A DNA stretch of 64,000 nucleotides, taken from the NCBI GenBank assembly GCA_037481835.1, contig JBBFKW010000001.1, forward strand, positions 1 through 64,000, in the 5' to 3' direction. Shown one piece after another: positions 1 to 10,737 of the stretch; the first letter of the stretch is position 1; every line of letters starts with the position of its first letter. This stretch comes from Desulfosoma sp. (GTDB lineage Bacteria > Desulfobacterota > Syntrophobacteria > Syntrophobacterales > DSM-9756). A program made the position numbers and the translations under genes. Below the pieces are notes generated by a model, which saw nothing but the letters and a program-made list of their open reading frames with translations, searched no databases and was not told where the DNA came from.

Positions 1-895
1 TGCTTTCCGCGACGCACCTGGAGCACGCGTCCTTCGTAGCACACTTTGTGGGCCCAATAGGCCCGCTTCGCTCTTCGTGGATTCCATTTGACGATAAAGT
101 CGGTGTTTTCTTGCGCGGAAAGTTCCGCGCGGGTCTCCACGGCATCATGGGCCGCATCCAGCCGCACGAGAAGGGGCTTTTCAGTCAACCGCCGGGCTTT
201 GTCCAAGGCCCATCGAAAGAAAGGCACAAAACCGTTCTGGGAATGCTGACTCCCCCCACGCAGCTCCACGCCCGGGCACCATCCCCCCGATCCAAGAGAT
301 ACGCCCCAATGGGCGCATAGCCGTCGTAGACCTGGTACGTTCGGGAAACGCCCTCTTTTTGAGTTTTGGAGTTGTCCAAGCAGAAGACATGGATGTCCAA
401 AGCCACGTGGCCCGTGGGAAGCTCCGTTATGGGAACCTTCGCGTTCTCCAAAAGCTCCACGCTCAGCCCCGGGCGATGCTTTCACATTGGTCCGCATGCC
501 GGTCAAAACGCTGCCTCAACGCCTCCTCGGAAGGCGTCGTCTCGATGCCCATGGCTGTGCGAAAAAATTCATCCTTGCTCACGCCGTGCACGGCCTCAAA
601 GTCGCTCTTTCCCGTCGCCAAGACCCCCCAAGGGAAGTCTTCACCACGTACCCATGAGAGATCTTGGGATGTTCCCCTACCGCATCCAGCTTCTGGGAAG
701 GGTCGTGTGGTTGTTGACCAGCGTGCCAACCAGGGCCAAGCCCCATGGGTTGCTGTAGGTGCCCTTGGAGGATGGTTCGATCTTCATCTTTTGCATCGTT
801 GCACCTGCCGAGTGAATTAACGACAGGAGCGTCTATGCCACAAAAAGCTAGCAGAGTTAAGGCATTACATGGCGGCCAATAGTGTTATGGGTAGC
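1..895 (-). pseudogene. IS1380-family-like transposase pseudogene, copy 1 (5' part; runs off window start)
   Basis: Fragments 463..729 and 185..460 (GVLATGKSDFEAV, HVALDIHVFCLDNSKTQKEGVSRTY) match the copy at 2941-4265. ATG at 796, then frameshift and stop. Upstream homology to copy 2 ends near 895 with no intact inverted repeat. Confidence 0.8.
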
Positions 896-947
896 GTGTA
901 TATTATGAAGTGACTTAAAAGGATAAAAGAGTATAGGCATAAAATCA

Positions 948-2036
948 ATGAGTAGAATACTGTTTCTTCCAGGAATTGTAGAGCAGACAATAGGAGGCGC
1001 TGAACTTCAAGCGCGTTATATTGCGGAGGCGCTTAGTGTACGTAAATACGACATCACCGGTATTTATATTTTCCCAACAAACATTGCAACACCTATATAC
1101 CCAGGCTTTCTCATTAGGAAAAAAGAAGTGTTCCACCGATTTGGAGCAGACTTTATTTATCTTGGCATAATGCAGAAATACATCCGCATGCTTAGACCGG
1201 ATATTATTTATGTTAGATCGTATATGCCATATTCGCTGTATTCAGCGGTTAAATACAGTCGCGATAATCATTGCAAGGTTATTTGGCATGTTGCAAGCGA
1301 CCATTTACTATATAAACCTCTTGCGCCCTTTCCAAAACCTCTGTTTATCCAAATATTAGATAACGCACTCCTCAGAAAAGCCATCCAGAGCGTTGACTAT
1401 ATAATATGTCAGACGGAACGCCAGGCTTCACTATTGAGAAAGAATTACTCCAGACAACCCGACCAGGTAGTTCCAAATTTTCATCCTCGTCCTACTGAAC
1501 CGATCAGAAAAAAAGAAACCGTCCAAGTTGTATGGATATCGCATTTTAAGAGATTAAAACAACCTGAACTATTTATTGACCTAGCAGAGTCATTAAAGAG
1601 TTTCAGAAATGTAAAATTTATCATGATCGGTTGCGCCACCGGGGGTCGATGGGTTAAGTCTGTAGTTAGACGGATACTTGAAACCCCAAATGTAGTTTGG
1701 TTAGGTGGACTACCTCTATCAAACGTAAACAGCATTCTCGCAGAATCTCATTTATTAGTAAACACAAGTATATATGAAGGTTTTCCAAACGTCTTTATTC
1801 AAGCGTGGATGCGAAAAGTACCTGTGATTAGCTTGCATGTCGATATCGATGATACTATTAAAAACACACCCGTGGGTTATGTGTGCCATACCTTTGACAA
1901 ATTGCTAGAGCGGACACTATATCTTATCAAAAACGATGCGGTTAGAGATGCAATGGCAGAACATGCGCAGATACTTTGTGAAAAGTTTTCGTACGAGACG
2001 AACATTCCGAAAATCATCAAAGCCTTCATGCTGTAA
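948..2036 (+). CDS. Glycosyltransferase family 4 (GT-B) protein
   Basis: GGAE motif at the N-terminus, K-x-P-x-L-F and EGFPNVFIQAW C-terminal signature; visibly AT-rich DNA. Confidence 0.9.
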   Translation: MSRILFLPGIVEQTIGGAELQARYIAEALSVRKYDITGIYIFPTNIATPIYPGFLIRKKEVFHRFGADFIYLGIMQKYIRMLRPDIIYVRSYMPYSLYSAVKYSRDNHCKVIWHVASDHLLYKPLAPFPKPLFIQILDNALLRKAIQSVDYIICQTERQASLLRKNYSRQPDQVVPNFHPRPTEPIRKKETVQVVWISHFKRLKQPELFIDLAESLKSFRNVKFIMIGCATGGRWVKSVVRRILETPNVVWLGGLPLSNVNSILAESHLLVNTSIYEGFPNVFIQAWMRKVPVISLHVDIDDTIKNTPVGYVCHTFDKLLERTLYLIKNDAVRDAMAEHAQILCEKFSYETNIPKIIKAFML

Positions 2037-2251
2037 TGCCGCATGGCACTGAAAAAAAACTGGTCTGCTGGAATACTGGTTGCCGTTTCGTCAAGGATGC
2101 GTAGGGAGTGTTCTGAATTTCTTACATTGAGGCCTCCGGATCGAAGGATGATGGGCAGGGGGATGATGGGATTGTGAAAAAAGTCTCGGACATTAAGCCA
2201 CGGATCGCTGATGGAAACATTGTAAACATTTTGCCTGCAAGAGGAGGAGAG

Positions 2252-2817
2252 GATGGGGGCAGAGGTCATTTCAATGGAGCGGTAAGGGGTCTGGGGCTTT
2301 GGAGAGCCGGATTGGCGGGAAGCTTTCGTCAATTGCCTGATGGAGTGGATGGTGCGGATGGACAAGCAACATAAGCCGTAGAGGTTGGTCGACATCAGCG
2401 ACATGGTTCGGGGCGAGGTGTCGCAAATTTTGGGGGACCTTGTTCTTGCTTTTAATCGCCGTCCTTTCGGCCATCTTTTGGAGCAGTAAGAGGCGGGGCG
2501 TCCCCGGTGCAGCAGGCTTGTGACGGCTCTGGGGCGGCCGGCGAGTGGTCACCATGGTCGGCGGTTTTGCTTTGGAGCGGGCGTATTTCTATTGTACGCG
2601 GTGCTCTTTGGGGTTCTACCCTCTGGATGAGGCGTTGAAGCTCCATCCTTCGGCAAAACAGCATAACGTGCCGGTAATGGCGGCATGGCTAGGCTCGGTG
2701 ATGCCTTTTGAGACGGCGGCCGAAGCAGTGAGGCGAGCCACAGGCATTGCCTTGAGCCCATCGGCCGTTCACGAAGGCACTCAGGAAGTCGCCTCGGCGG
2801 CGAGCCCTTTGGTCTAG
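2252..2817 (+). pseudogene. ISKra4-family-like transposase N-terminal remnant
   Basis: ORF 2545..2817 has T-x-x-G-x-x-x-L-x-R-x-Y-F-Y-C-x-x-C-x-x-G-F-Y-P-L-D-E-A-L. Upstream part has stops. It is cut off next to the IS1380-like left end. Confidence 0.6.
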
Positions 2818-2824
2818 AACCTAT

Positions 2825-4481
2825 CCTGAATCCGTGAAAGAAAACCTACCCATAAAACTATCATCTGTCATTTAAGGGCTTGACCTGGCTAGCGTTTTTT
2901 GGCATATAAGTTCCTGTCGTTAACTCACTCGGCAGGTGCAATGATGAAAAAAATTGAGATCGAACAATCCTCCAAGGCCATCTACAGTAATCAATCAGGT
3001 CTGGCCCTTGTCGGGGCTCTGGTCAATGAGCACACGACCCTCTCCCAGCAACTGGATGGGGTTGGGGGACCTCCCAAAATCCCGCACAAGGACGTGGTGA
3101 AAACCTCCCTCGGGGTTTTGGCGACGGGCAAGAGCGACTTTGAGGCCGTCCGTGGCGTGAGCAAGGAGCATGGTTCCGGAAGGCTATGGGCAGCGGGACG
3201 ATGCCTTCCGAGGAGACCTTGAGGCAGCGTTTTGAGCGGCATGTGGCCGATTTTGAAAGGATCGCACGACGCTGTGGCGTGGAGCTTTTGGAGAACGTCC
3301 ACGTTCCCGTAACGGAGCTTCCTACAGGCCACGTGGCTTTGGACGTGGATGTTTTCTGCTTGGACAATTCCAAGACCCAAAAAGAGGGCGTTTCTCGAAC
3401 CTCCCAGGGCTATGACGGCTATGCGCCCATTGGGGCCTACCTGGGATCGGAGGGATGGTGCCTCGGGGTTGAGCTGCGGCAGGGGAGTCGGCATTCCTAG
3501 AACGGGTTTGTACCTTTCTTGCGAGGGGTCTTGGACAACGCCCGGCGGTTGACCGAAAAGCCCCTTCTCGTGAGGCTTGATGCGGCTCATGATGCCGTGG
3601 AGACCCGAGCGGAACTTTCGGCCCATGAGAACACCGCCTTTATCGTCAAATGGAATCCACGGAGAGCGAATCGGGCCTATTGGGCCGACAAAGTGTCCAA
3701 CGAAGGACGGCTTCGCCATGTTCGTCCCGGAAAGCAGGTGGGGCTTTTGAGCGTGTCCATACCCCAAGACCAGGAGGGCAGGCTTGAGCCTTATCGGCTG
3801 GTGGTTCGGGTCACGATCAGGACGGCCGACGCCAAGGCACAGAGGCTTCTCGATCCGGTTATCGCGCTCGAAGGATGGTGGACAAACGTGGATCTTCCTG
3901 AAGAGGACGTCATCGCTCTTTACGAAAACCGGGGTGTGAGCGAGCAGTTTGACAGTGAAATCAAGACGGACCTGGATTTGGAGCGGCTGCCCTCGGGAAA
4001 GTTTTCCGTCAACGCCTTGGTGCTGACTCTTGGGGCGATGGTTGACAATGTTCTTCGGATAATCGGCGAGGAAGGCCTTCTGGGAGACGACGCCCCGGTT
4101 CGCCATCCTGCCAAAAGGCGGCGCATTCGAACCGTCATCCAGGAACTGATTGTCCTTGCGGCCCGGGTGATTCGCACGGGACGGCGCATCAAGCTTCAAT
4201 TCGGGCGGCATTGTCCGGGGTATGCGGCCTTTGGAAGGCTCTTTGTAAAATTCTGCCTGGCCTAAAACCCCCATAAGGGGGCCGGCGCATGCAGACACCT
4301 CGAGGTGTCTTAAAGGACGAAGTGTGTCCCAAAGGGGCATAATTTGTTGCTCCATCATACATTATCCGAATTTTGACGGCTGCGGCGTCCCTTCGTCGTG
4401 AAAATCGGTCACAGCAGCGGCCAAAAAAGGCGCTCCGAGGGCTGGGCAGAGGCTTATGCTCCCAGCTCTCACGGATTCAGG
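2825..4481 (+). mobile_element. IS1380-family-like insertion sequence, copy 2 (full length, 1657 bp)
   Basis: Perfect 13-bp terminal inverted repeats CCTGAATCCGTGA (2825-2837) and TCACGGATTCAGG (4469-4481). Size fits the IS1380 family. No target-site duplication is visible. Confidence 0.85.
2941..4265 (+). pseudogene. IS1380-family-like DDE transposase, disrupted
   Basis: Three pieces (2941-3222, 3186-3500, 3519-4265) separated by a frameshift and a TAG at 3498-3500. Motifs LLVRLDAA and YENRGVSEQFDSEIKTDLDLERLPSGKF. Confidence 0.85.
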
Positions 4482-4816
4482 TTTACGAAAATCGGGGGCT
4501 GAGCGAGCAGTTCCATAGCGAAATCAAGGCAGATCTGGACCTGGGGGCGGCTGCCTTCGGGAAAGTTTGCCGTCAACGCCTTGGTGCTGACTCTGGGGGC
4601 GGTAATTTACAACGTCCTTCGCATCCTCGGCCAGGAGGGCCTTTTGGGAGACGATGCCCCGGTTCGCCATCCCGCCACTCGGCGGCGCATTCGAACCGTC
4701 ATCCAGGAGCTGATTTTGCAGCCCGACTGATTCGGACGGGACGGCGCATCAAACTTCAATTTCGGCGGCGTTGTCCGGGGTATGCGGCCTTTCGAAGGCT
4801 GTATATGAAATTCTGC

Positions 4817-6334
4817 GCCTCTTCGCTACTTTAAATGGATAGCCAAGTCTAACTTCCCGGCAATGAGGTAGACCATCGTGATGAGATTCCGGCTGTTCCG
4901 GTACCCACGAGCTTTCCGCTTCGCCGCCTGAATGAGGCCGTTGATGGCCTCGAGAATGCCATTGGTGATCCGAGACCGGAACCATCGCAAGATCCCCTGC
5001 CAATGATTCTTGATCGTGTAGGCTGCCTTGATGATCGGCTCTAAACGGCTGTGGGTTGCCCAGAAAAACCAGCGTTGAAGGTAAGCTTCTGCGTGTTCGG
5101 GGGGCTGTTCATAGAATTGCCGGAAGGCCAACTTGATGCGGTAGGCACGAGCCGTTTTCAGGTGGAGCCTTTTCATGCTCAACGTTTCTCGCAACTCTCT
5201 CTGTTTGGGGGTGAGGTCGCTCTCATTCTTTAGCCAGACGAAACGACTTCCTTTTAATTCCGGTCGCTCCTTCTGCTCTTGGCGCCGGACCTGGTCGACG
5301 GCATCGTTGAGGATCTTGACCACATGGAATTTATCGAACGTCAGCTCAGCGTCGGGGAAGGTTTCCAACACACCCCTTAAGTAGGCCTGAGACATGTCGC
5401 AGCAGACTTCGACGATGTTTTCCGCCTTGCCTCCGTGGGCCTTGAGGTCCTCGCGAAAGGCTCTGAGAGTGTGGGAATCTTTGCCCGAAGTGGCGAAGAT
5501 CACCTTTCGCTTATCGAGATCCACAAAGACCGTCATGTAATTATGGCCCCGCTTGGAGGCGGTCTCGTCGATACCGACCTTTCGGACTTGGGAGAAATCC
5601 TCTTTGGTTCTGGCCTCTTCCACATAGTGTTCGACCACCCGCCAGATGCGGGTATCGTGTTCTCCGATGAGTCGGGCCACGGCATTGACGGGCATCTCTT
5701 TTGCGAGCTGCAAGATGAAAGCTTCAAATAGAAGGGTAAAACCGCTTCCGGGTCTGGCCCAGGGCACATTGAGGGTCTTGACGCCACAGGACCCACATCG
5801 AACTCTGGGTAGACGCGCATGGAGGTAGCACTCGTGTTGGAAGAAGTTGAGGTGTCTCCAGGTTTTTTGCGAGCTGTCGTAGACCTTGCAGCCTTCTGCG
5901 CCGCACACCGGACAAGGAAACTGGGCTCCCGGCTCGAAGTTGAGCTCGATGTCGAGGACCTGCCGCGCGGGATCAAACGTAATCTTGTGAACATACCAAG
6001 GTGGGGTCAGCGACAAAGCAACCTGGAAGAGCTCTATAGTTTTCATCCGGAAGAACACCTCTTGCGTATTGTGTCAACAGACGTGATCGTCGAGCCCGAA
6101 GGGCAGAACACTGCTAACATCCTTGAGCCGGAGGCTGGAGGAGGCCATCCTCTCGCCGTCGGCCTACTTTGCACACAGCATGGGCAAGGAGGTGATGTCA
6201 AGACTGCGATAGCACCCGAAGGGCTTGGTCTTGACATCACCTCCCCCCATGCAAGCCTTTTCCGAAAGGAGGCCACCGAAGCCAGCAGTGCTGTATCGGT
6301 TTTTTCAGGTTTCCACACAAAACAGCGAAGAGCC
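4817..6334 (-). mobile_element. ISL3-family insertion sequence
   Basis: Ends GCCTCTTCGCT (4817) and AGCGAAGAGCC (6334) form an inverted repeat with 1 mismatch. Flanks AATTCTGC / AATTC-GC look like a degenerate 8-bp target duplication. Confidence 0.85.
4826..6058 (-). CDS. ISL3-family transposase (intact ORF; ATG start probably 6046)
   Basis: Zn finger CPVC..CGSC, GIDET, CCDMS, DKFHV and TNGILEAINGLIQAAKRKARGYRN. Confidence 0.95.
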   Translation of the reverse strand: MFFRMKTIELFQVALSLTPPWYVHKITFDPARQVLDIELNFEPGAQFPCPVCGAEGCKVYDSSQKTWRHLNFFQHECYLHARLPRVRCGSCGVKTLNVPWARPGSGFTLLFEAFILQLAKEMPVNAVARLIGEHDTRIWRVVEHYVEEARTKEDFSQVRKVGIDETASKRGHNYMTVFVDLDKRKVIFATSGKDSHTLRAFREDLKAHGGKAENIVEVCCDMSQAYLRGVLETFPDAELTFDKFHVVKILNDAVDQVRRQEQKERPELKGSRFVWLKNESDLTPKQRELRETLSMKRLHLKTARAYRIKLAFRQFYEQPPEHAEAYLQRWFFWATHSRLEPIIKAAYTIKNHWQGILRWFRSRITNGILEAINGLIQAAKRKARGYRNSRNLITMVYLIAGKLDLAIHLK

Positions 6335-6600
6335 AATTCGCCCGGTCTAGACCCCTTCCAACGCGGCTGGCACCGGCAGACACCTAGAGGTGTCTTTAAA
6401 GGGGGAAGTGCGTCCAAAAAAGGCAAAATGTGCTGCTTCATAGGCCAGTATCGCAGTTTTGACGGCCGCTTGCCCCGCTTCCGATGAAAATCGGGCGCTG
6501 TGGGGATCGAAAAGGGCCTTCCAATCCCTCCGGAGAGGCTCATTCCCGGAGCCGTCATTGATTCAGGAAAAAATTTAGAATACTCGCGCATACACCACAC

Positions 6601-8169
6601 CTAGTCGACAAGTCTTAGGTTTTTTGGAGGTTCTAACCCTGATGCTGACGGCAGAAAGACCGATGCACCAATTTCCCAACCCGTGCCATGCGCGTTTTGA
6701 TCTGACAAAATAAAATTGGAGCTCGCTGGCTGATCCATGGAAAAATGGCATTTTCCAGATAGCAACAGGTATTTATAATCTTCACCAAGGTTTTCGCCTT
6801 TATCAATAGCGCGAGATCCATCCATTAAATCAAAATCGGAGTAATTTAGATTAGAATTAGCATCAATGTCTTGCCACCCTTCGGCCTTTCTTAGTTTGGG
6901 CGACCCGTTCTCGTAGGATGGATACCCGGGGTCGCTCGAACTCATCATTAACGAAGAAGGACTCATTGACCAATAATTGTATCCAAAGGTTAGACCTGGG
7001 GCCCCCCCATATACATAGCCAGGACTACACACCGCCGTGTCTCCTGGCGTGCCGCACCACACTATGTTGTTTTTTACTGCGCTATTAGTAAATTGCCCTC
7101 CATTGGCTCTGACATAAATTCCATATTCTCTACATGCAACAATCGTGTTATTGTATAATCTATTATTATACGCGTCTATGGGAGTAGCATTACTAGCATT
7201 AGCATTAAACCAGAGTCCATAGTTGCAATTCGCAATAAAGTTTCCATATACTTTGTTGTTCCTATTGGGCCCCGTGCCTGGATCAAATGATGGCGTAAGA
7301 CCTTCATCGTTAAGCCAAATGCCCGTTGTGGGGTAAATCCAGCTACTCTCTCTGTAAATCAGATTGTGCCTTATAGTACAGTTGTCTGCTGCGTCCAGGT
7401 AGATGTTAACATTTTTATTATTAACCACTGTATTGTACTCCACAGTGATTTTGTAAACCCCCTGGTATAACCCTATTCCCTCGCCATGATTATTGACGAC
7501 ATAGTTATTCTTTACGGTCACGCCATGGGATCTTGTCATGATGCTGATAGCGGCCGGCCAATCGGATGCCTGACCTTCATAGTATACACGAGCGGCATTT
7601 TTAATGATGCATCCCTCCACAAGGCCACCGTTTGCCCTGCTATAATGTACCCCAGACATTAGCGTGTTTTCTGTATCTACGCGGAGAACATTAAAATTTG
7701 TAGAGTATCTACCCGCATTAACACCTAAACCTTCTGAATTGATGATTCTCAAGTCTTGAACCGTAACATGACTGTTATAGTCCTTACTATGGACTAGTGC
7801 CGAATATCTATCAGATGGGATTTTATCCTGACCGTCAATTGTAGGCTTGCTTCCGGAGACGCCGATCTTTTCTTTGCCGCCGTCCAGGTAGTAGGCGCCG
7901 ATGATGGCACGGTTGTTCTCGTCCACACCGCCCCAGTCAATGTAGAGGCGCTCGTTCCAGGTGCCGCCACACTTGAAGTAGACGTCGTCGCCGGGCTGGA
8001 AACTGAAGCTGTTGACCTTGGCGATAGTCTTCCACGCCGTGGCATCGCTTCTGCCGTCCGCATTGTCATTGCCGTCGGGTTTGACGTAATAAGTCGCCGC
8101 TGAGACGTTCCCGGCCCCCAAAAGGCCGAATACCACAAGAAGGAAAATGATCCACTGCCCCTTGCGCAT
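6601..8169 (-). CDS. Secreted right-handed parallel beta-helix repeat protein (pectate-lyase-like fold)
   Basis: Signal peptide followed by ATYYV..GND..DG.S..TAWKTI; Asn-rich PbH1-like repeats; C-terminal AIDKG...WEIGA...PPKNLRL. Confidence 0.8.
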   Translation of the reverse strand: MRKGQWIIFLLVVFGLLGAGNVSAATYYVKPDGNDNADGRSDATAWKTIAKVNSFSFQPGDDVYFKCGGTWNERLYIDWGGVDENNRAIIGAYYLDGGKEKIGVSGSKPTIDGQDKIPSDRYSALVHSKDYNSHVTVQDLRIINSEGLGVNAGRYSTNFNVLRVDTENTLMSGVHYSRANGGLVEGCIIKNAARVYYEGQASDWPAAISIMTRSHGVTVKNNYVVNNHGEGIGLYQGVYKITVEYNTVVNNKNVNIYLDAADNCTIRHNLIYRESSWIYPTTGIWLNDEGLTPSFDPGTGPNRNNKVYGNFIANCNYGLWFNANASNATPIDAYNNRLYNNTIVACREYGIYVRANGGQFTNSAVKNNIVWCGTPGDTAVCSPGYVYGGAPGLTFGYNYWSMSPSSLMMSSSDPGYPSYENGSPKLRKAEGWQDIDANSNLNYSDFDLMDGSRAIDKGENLGEDYKYLLLSGKCHFSMDQPASSNFILSDQNAHGTGWEIGASVFLPSASGLEPPKNLRLVD

Positions 8170-8464
8170 GACCTTACCTCTCAGATTGCCTTTTTAGAAA
8201 TCATGCCTGATGCCTTCATCCCCCGAAAGCCCGCGGCCTTCCAAGGCCGGGGGCTCTGCGAGGACGCCTTCGCCCCTGAAGTGCGAAAAAAACCTTCCCC
8301 AAGAAGATGTGTGGGTGTCGCCTCGAAAATTCCACCCCCCGGGGCCCTCATAGCACACAACGCCCGCCCGGAAAATCCCATCAAGCCTCCTCAATCAAAG
8401 AATCGGTTTCTCAATGCCATTCCTTGAATCCTTTCCCGCCTCCCGGACTCCAAGCCCACAAAAA

Positions 8465-8480
8465 AGCAATCGACATGCCA
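8465..8480 (-). promoter_or_regulatory. Sigma-54 (-24/-12) promoter candidate for the beta-helix gene
   Basis: TGGCAT-GTCGA-TTGCT on the minus strand with exact GG-N10-GC spacing. Confidence 0.65.
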
Positions 8481-8704
8481 GCCCTTGGCCGCCGGGGCCC
8501 ACCGGTCCACCTTAGTTTCGTCAAGAAAATGACTATACTGTTGTCATTTATCTGACGCATCGCTTTCCGGGCCCCGCCGAATCTCGGCGGGGCCGTCGAT
8601 TTTTCCCACCGGCTCTCTCTGGCGCCCGACCGTTGCCTTGACCCGGAGGACGTGGTACTTACCAAATACCGTGAAAATCATCCCTCGTGCTCTCCGGAGG
8701 ATCC

Positions 8705-10705
8705 ATGTACACGACTTATTTCGGCTTTTCCGATCCACCCTTCGAAAACAACCTGGACCAACGGTTCTTCTACTTGAGCGAAGGCCATAGGGAAGTCCTG
8801 GCGGCCCTGCTCTACTTCGTGCGCGAAGGCAAAGGCTTCGCCCTGGTGTGCGGCGATGTGGGAACGGGCAAAACCATGCTCATCAACTGCCTTCTCGACA
8901 GACTCCCGCCCGCCGTGAACGCCATCATTGTCGCCGACGCCGATGTGAGCTATGGCCACTTGCTGCGCTACATCGCGGGAAAACTGGACATCCCGGCCGG
9001 CCACAAAACGTCCTTGGAACTCTTCGATGAGGTCAAGAAAAGCCTCATCGAAGCCCGCCAACAAGGCGGGCGGCTTCTGCTCATCATCGACGAAGCGCAT
9101 CTTCTCAGTCACGAAGCCCTGGAAGGCGTCCGGCTCTTGTCCAACCTGGAAACACGCCGCGAAAAGCTCCTCCAGATCCTTCTGGTGGGCCAAAACGAAC
9201 TCAGCCAGAAGCTGGACCAACCCAACATGCGCCAGCTTCGCCAGCGCATCAACATCAACCGGTTTCTTTTCCCCATGGATCCCGAGGAATCCGTGGAATA
9301 CATCGACCACCGATTGAAATGCGTGGGCGGGAGCTTCGAGGCCTGCTTCGAACCCGGCTGCCGCAGGCTGATTCACAAAATGACCGAGGGGGTCCCCCGT
9401 CGGATCAACCTCCTTTGTGACCACGCCCTGCTCATCTGCCAGGCGGAAAACGCCCCCAAGGTCACCCCCAAGATTCTGAAGCTGGCTCACGAAGCCCTGC
9501 GAAGCGACCTCCTGGGGTCGCCCAACTCCGGCACGAGCCCAAGCGATTCCCGGCGGAGCTTCTTCCGAGGGGGGCTGAAAATCGCCGCCCTCCTGGCGGT
9601 TCTCGTCCTGGCGGCGGCTGTCGCTTCCCGGGCCTTACCCGAAAGCAGGATCCAGGGGATGCTGCAAAGGATCAGCGCAAGCGCCGGCATTTTTGTTCGC
9701 GGTTTTTCGGATTCTCTTGATTCCGAGAAACGTTCGGCCTCGGCCGCCATTTCATCCCCGTCCCCATCGGCTGCTACCAAGCCCCCCGGAGCCGGACCCT
9801 CGGCTGCCGAGCCCGTCCGGCCCTCAAAAGAAGCTCCCCGAGGCCTTCCGCCCCAGAGCGGAAAGGGCACGGCACAGCCCAAGACGCCGTCCGCGGATCC
9901 GCCTCCAGGAGAGCCTGAAACCGTGCACGCCCCACAGAGGGTCCCTCAAGAGAGCACTGCAGGTGCCGCGGCGTCGGTGACCGCTTCTGCGGACGGCCAC
10001 TTCCCCAGGCCGCCCGAAACCCGGCTCGCGGATCAAGGCTCTTCGGGCCCTGAAGCCATCCCCACAGACCGTGTCCAGGAGCCCGTTGCCGTCGATGTCC
10101 CCGGTGCCGCTCCGCGCCCCCGGGAACGGCCGGCGGCGATCCCCATCCCATCCCGGAACGCGTCTTCCGTGCCCGCCGAACCTGCAGCCGAGCCACCCGC
10201 ATGGGACGCTCGAGCCCCCCAAACGGACAGCCAAGTTCCCCCTGCGGCGCCGGCCGAGAGGAGCGCGCCGGTCGATCCCTTGGAGTCCAACGGCACGGAA
10301 AGCCGGGGCGTAAGAATCGTGCGGCGCGGCGATACTTTGATGCGGATCGCCACGGAACTCAACCCGCAAAATCCCGGGGCCGCCCTGCAGGCCATCCTGC
10401 GGCTGAACCCCGAGATCACGGATAAAGACCGCATCTATGAGGGCCAGATCTTGCATCTCCCTTCATCCAGGCCCCCGGGACCGCCCCTGGCGCCCGGCCC
10501 CCCGGCTCCCTTTTACGCCCTGTACGGAAGTTACCCCTCCGTGCAGGCTCTTGAACCGATCATGAACCGCATGGCGCAAAAAGGCGTCCGCTATATCATC
10601 GTGAACGCGCCCGCCGTCCCAGGCGGCTTCGTCCACGAAGTCATCGTGGGCGGCTACGAAACGAGAGAGGACCTCCGTCGGGCCCTCGATCTCCTGAACG
10701 AGTGA
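8705..10705 (+). CDS. ExeA/GspA-like AAA ATPase with TM helix, Pro-rich linker, LysM and SPOR-like C-terminus
   Basis: MYTTYFGFSDPPF start after GGAGG; Walker A GDVGTGKT; Walker B IIDEAH; LRQRI; GVPRRINLLCD; LysM VRRGDTL..IA..NP.I.D.DRIYEGQ.L.LP. Confidence 0.85.
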   Translation: MYTTYFGFSDPPFENNLDQRFFYLSEGHREVLAALLYFVREGKGFALVCGDVGTGKTMLINCLLDRLPPAVNAIIVADADVSYGHLLRYIAGKLDIPAGHKTSLELFDEVKKSLIEARQQGGRLLLIIDEAHLLSHEALEGVRLLSNLETRREKLLQILLVGQNELSQKLDQPNMRQLRQRININRFLFPMDPEESVEYIDHRLKCVGGSFEACFEPGCRRLIHKMTEGVPRRINLLCDHALLICQAENAPKVTPKILKLAHEALRSDLLGSPNSGTSPSDSRRSFFRGGLKIAALLAVLVLAAAVASRALPESRIQGMLQRISASAGIFVRGFSDSLDSEKRSASAAISSPSPSAATKPPGAGPSAAEPVRPSKEAPRGLPPQSGKGTAQPKTPSADPPPGEPETVHAPQRVPQESTAGAAASVTASADGHFPRPPETRLADQGSSGPEAIPTDRVQEPVAVDVPGAAPRPRERPAAIPIPSRNASSVPAEPAAEPPAWDARAPQTDSQVPPAAPAERSAPVDPLESNGTESRGVRIVRRGDTLMRIATELNPQNPGAALQAILRLNPEITDKDRIYEGQILHLPSSRPPGPPLAPGPPAPFYALYGSYPSVQALEPIMNRMAQKGVRYIIVNAPAVPGGFVHEVIVGGYETREDLRRALDLLNE

Positions 10706-10737
10706 ACCCGCGCAACCCTAGGAGGAGATCCCCCTTG

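Larger units (their letters stand above)
4482..6567 (+). mobile_element. IS1380-family-like copy 3 (3' remnant) interrupted by ISL3
   Basis: 4482-4816 repeats the transposase 3' end (compare 3920-4256). Homology resumes at 6335 (GCAGACACCT.GAGGTGTCTT) and ends in the degenerate repeat TCATTGATTCAGG at 6555-6567. Confidence 0.8.

Noticed and set aside
3170..3500. Programmed frameshift or stop readthrough in the IS1380-like transposase
   Set aside because: No slippery motif is visible, and the other copies are broken at different positions, which indicates decay.
8218..8300. Second GEMM-like riboswitch on the minus strand (CGCAGAGCCCCCGGCCT..AGGCCGCGGGCTTTCG)
   Set aside because: Only the P3-like half resembles the motif; the GGCAAACC/GAAA tetraloop P2 arm is not recognisable.
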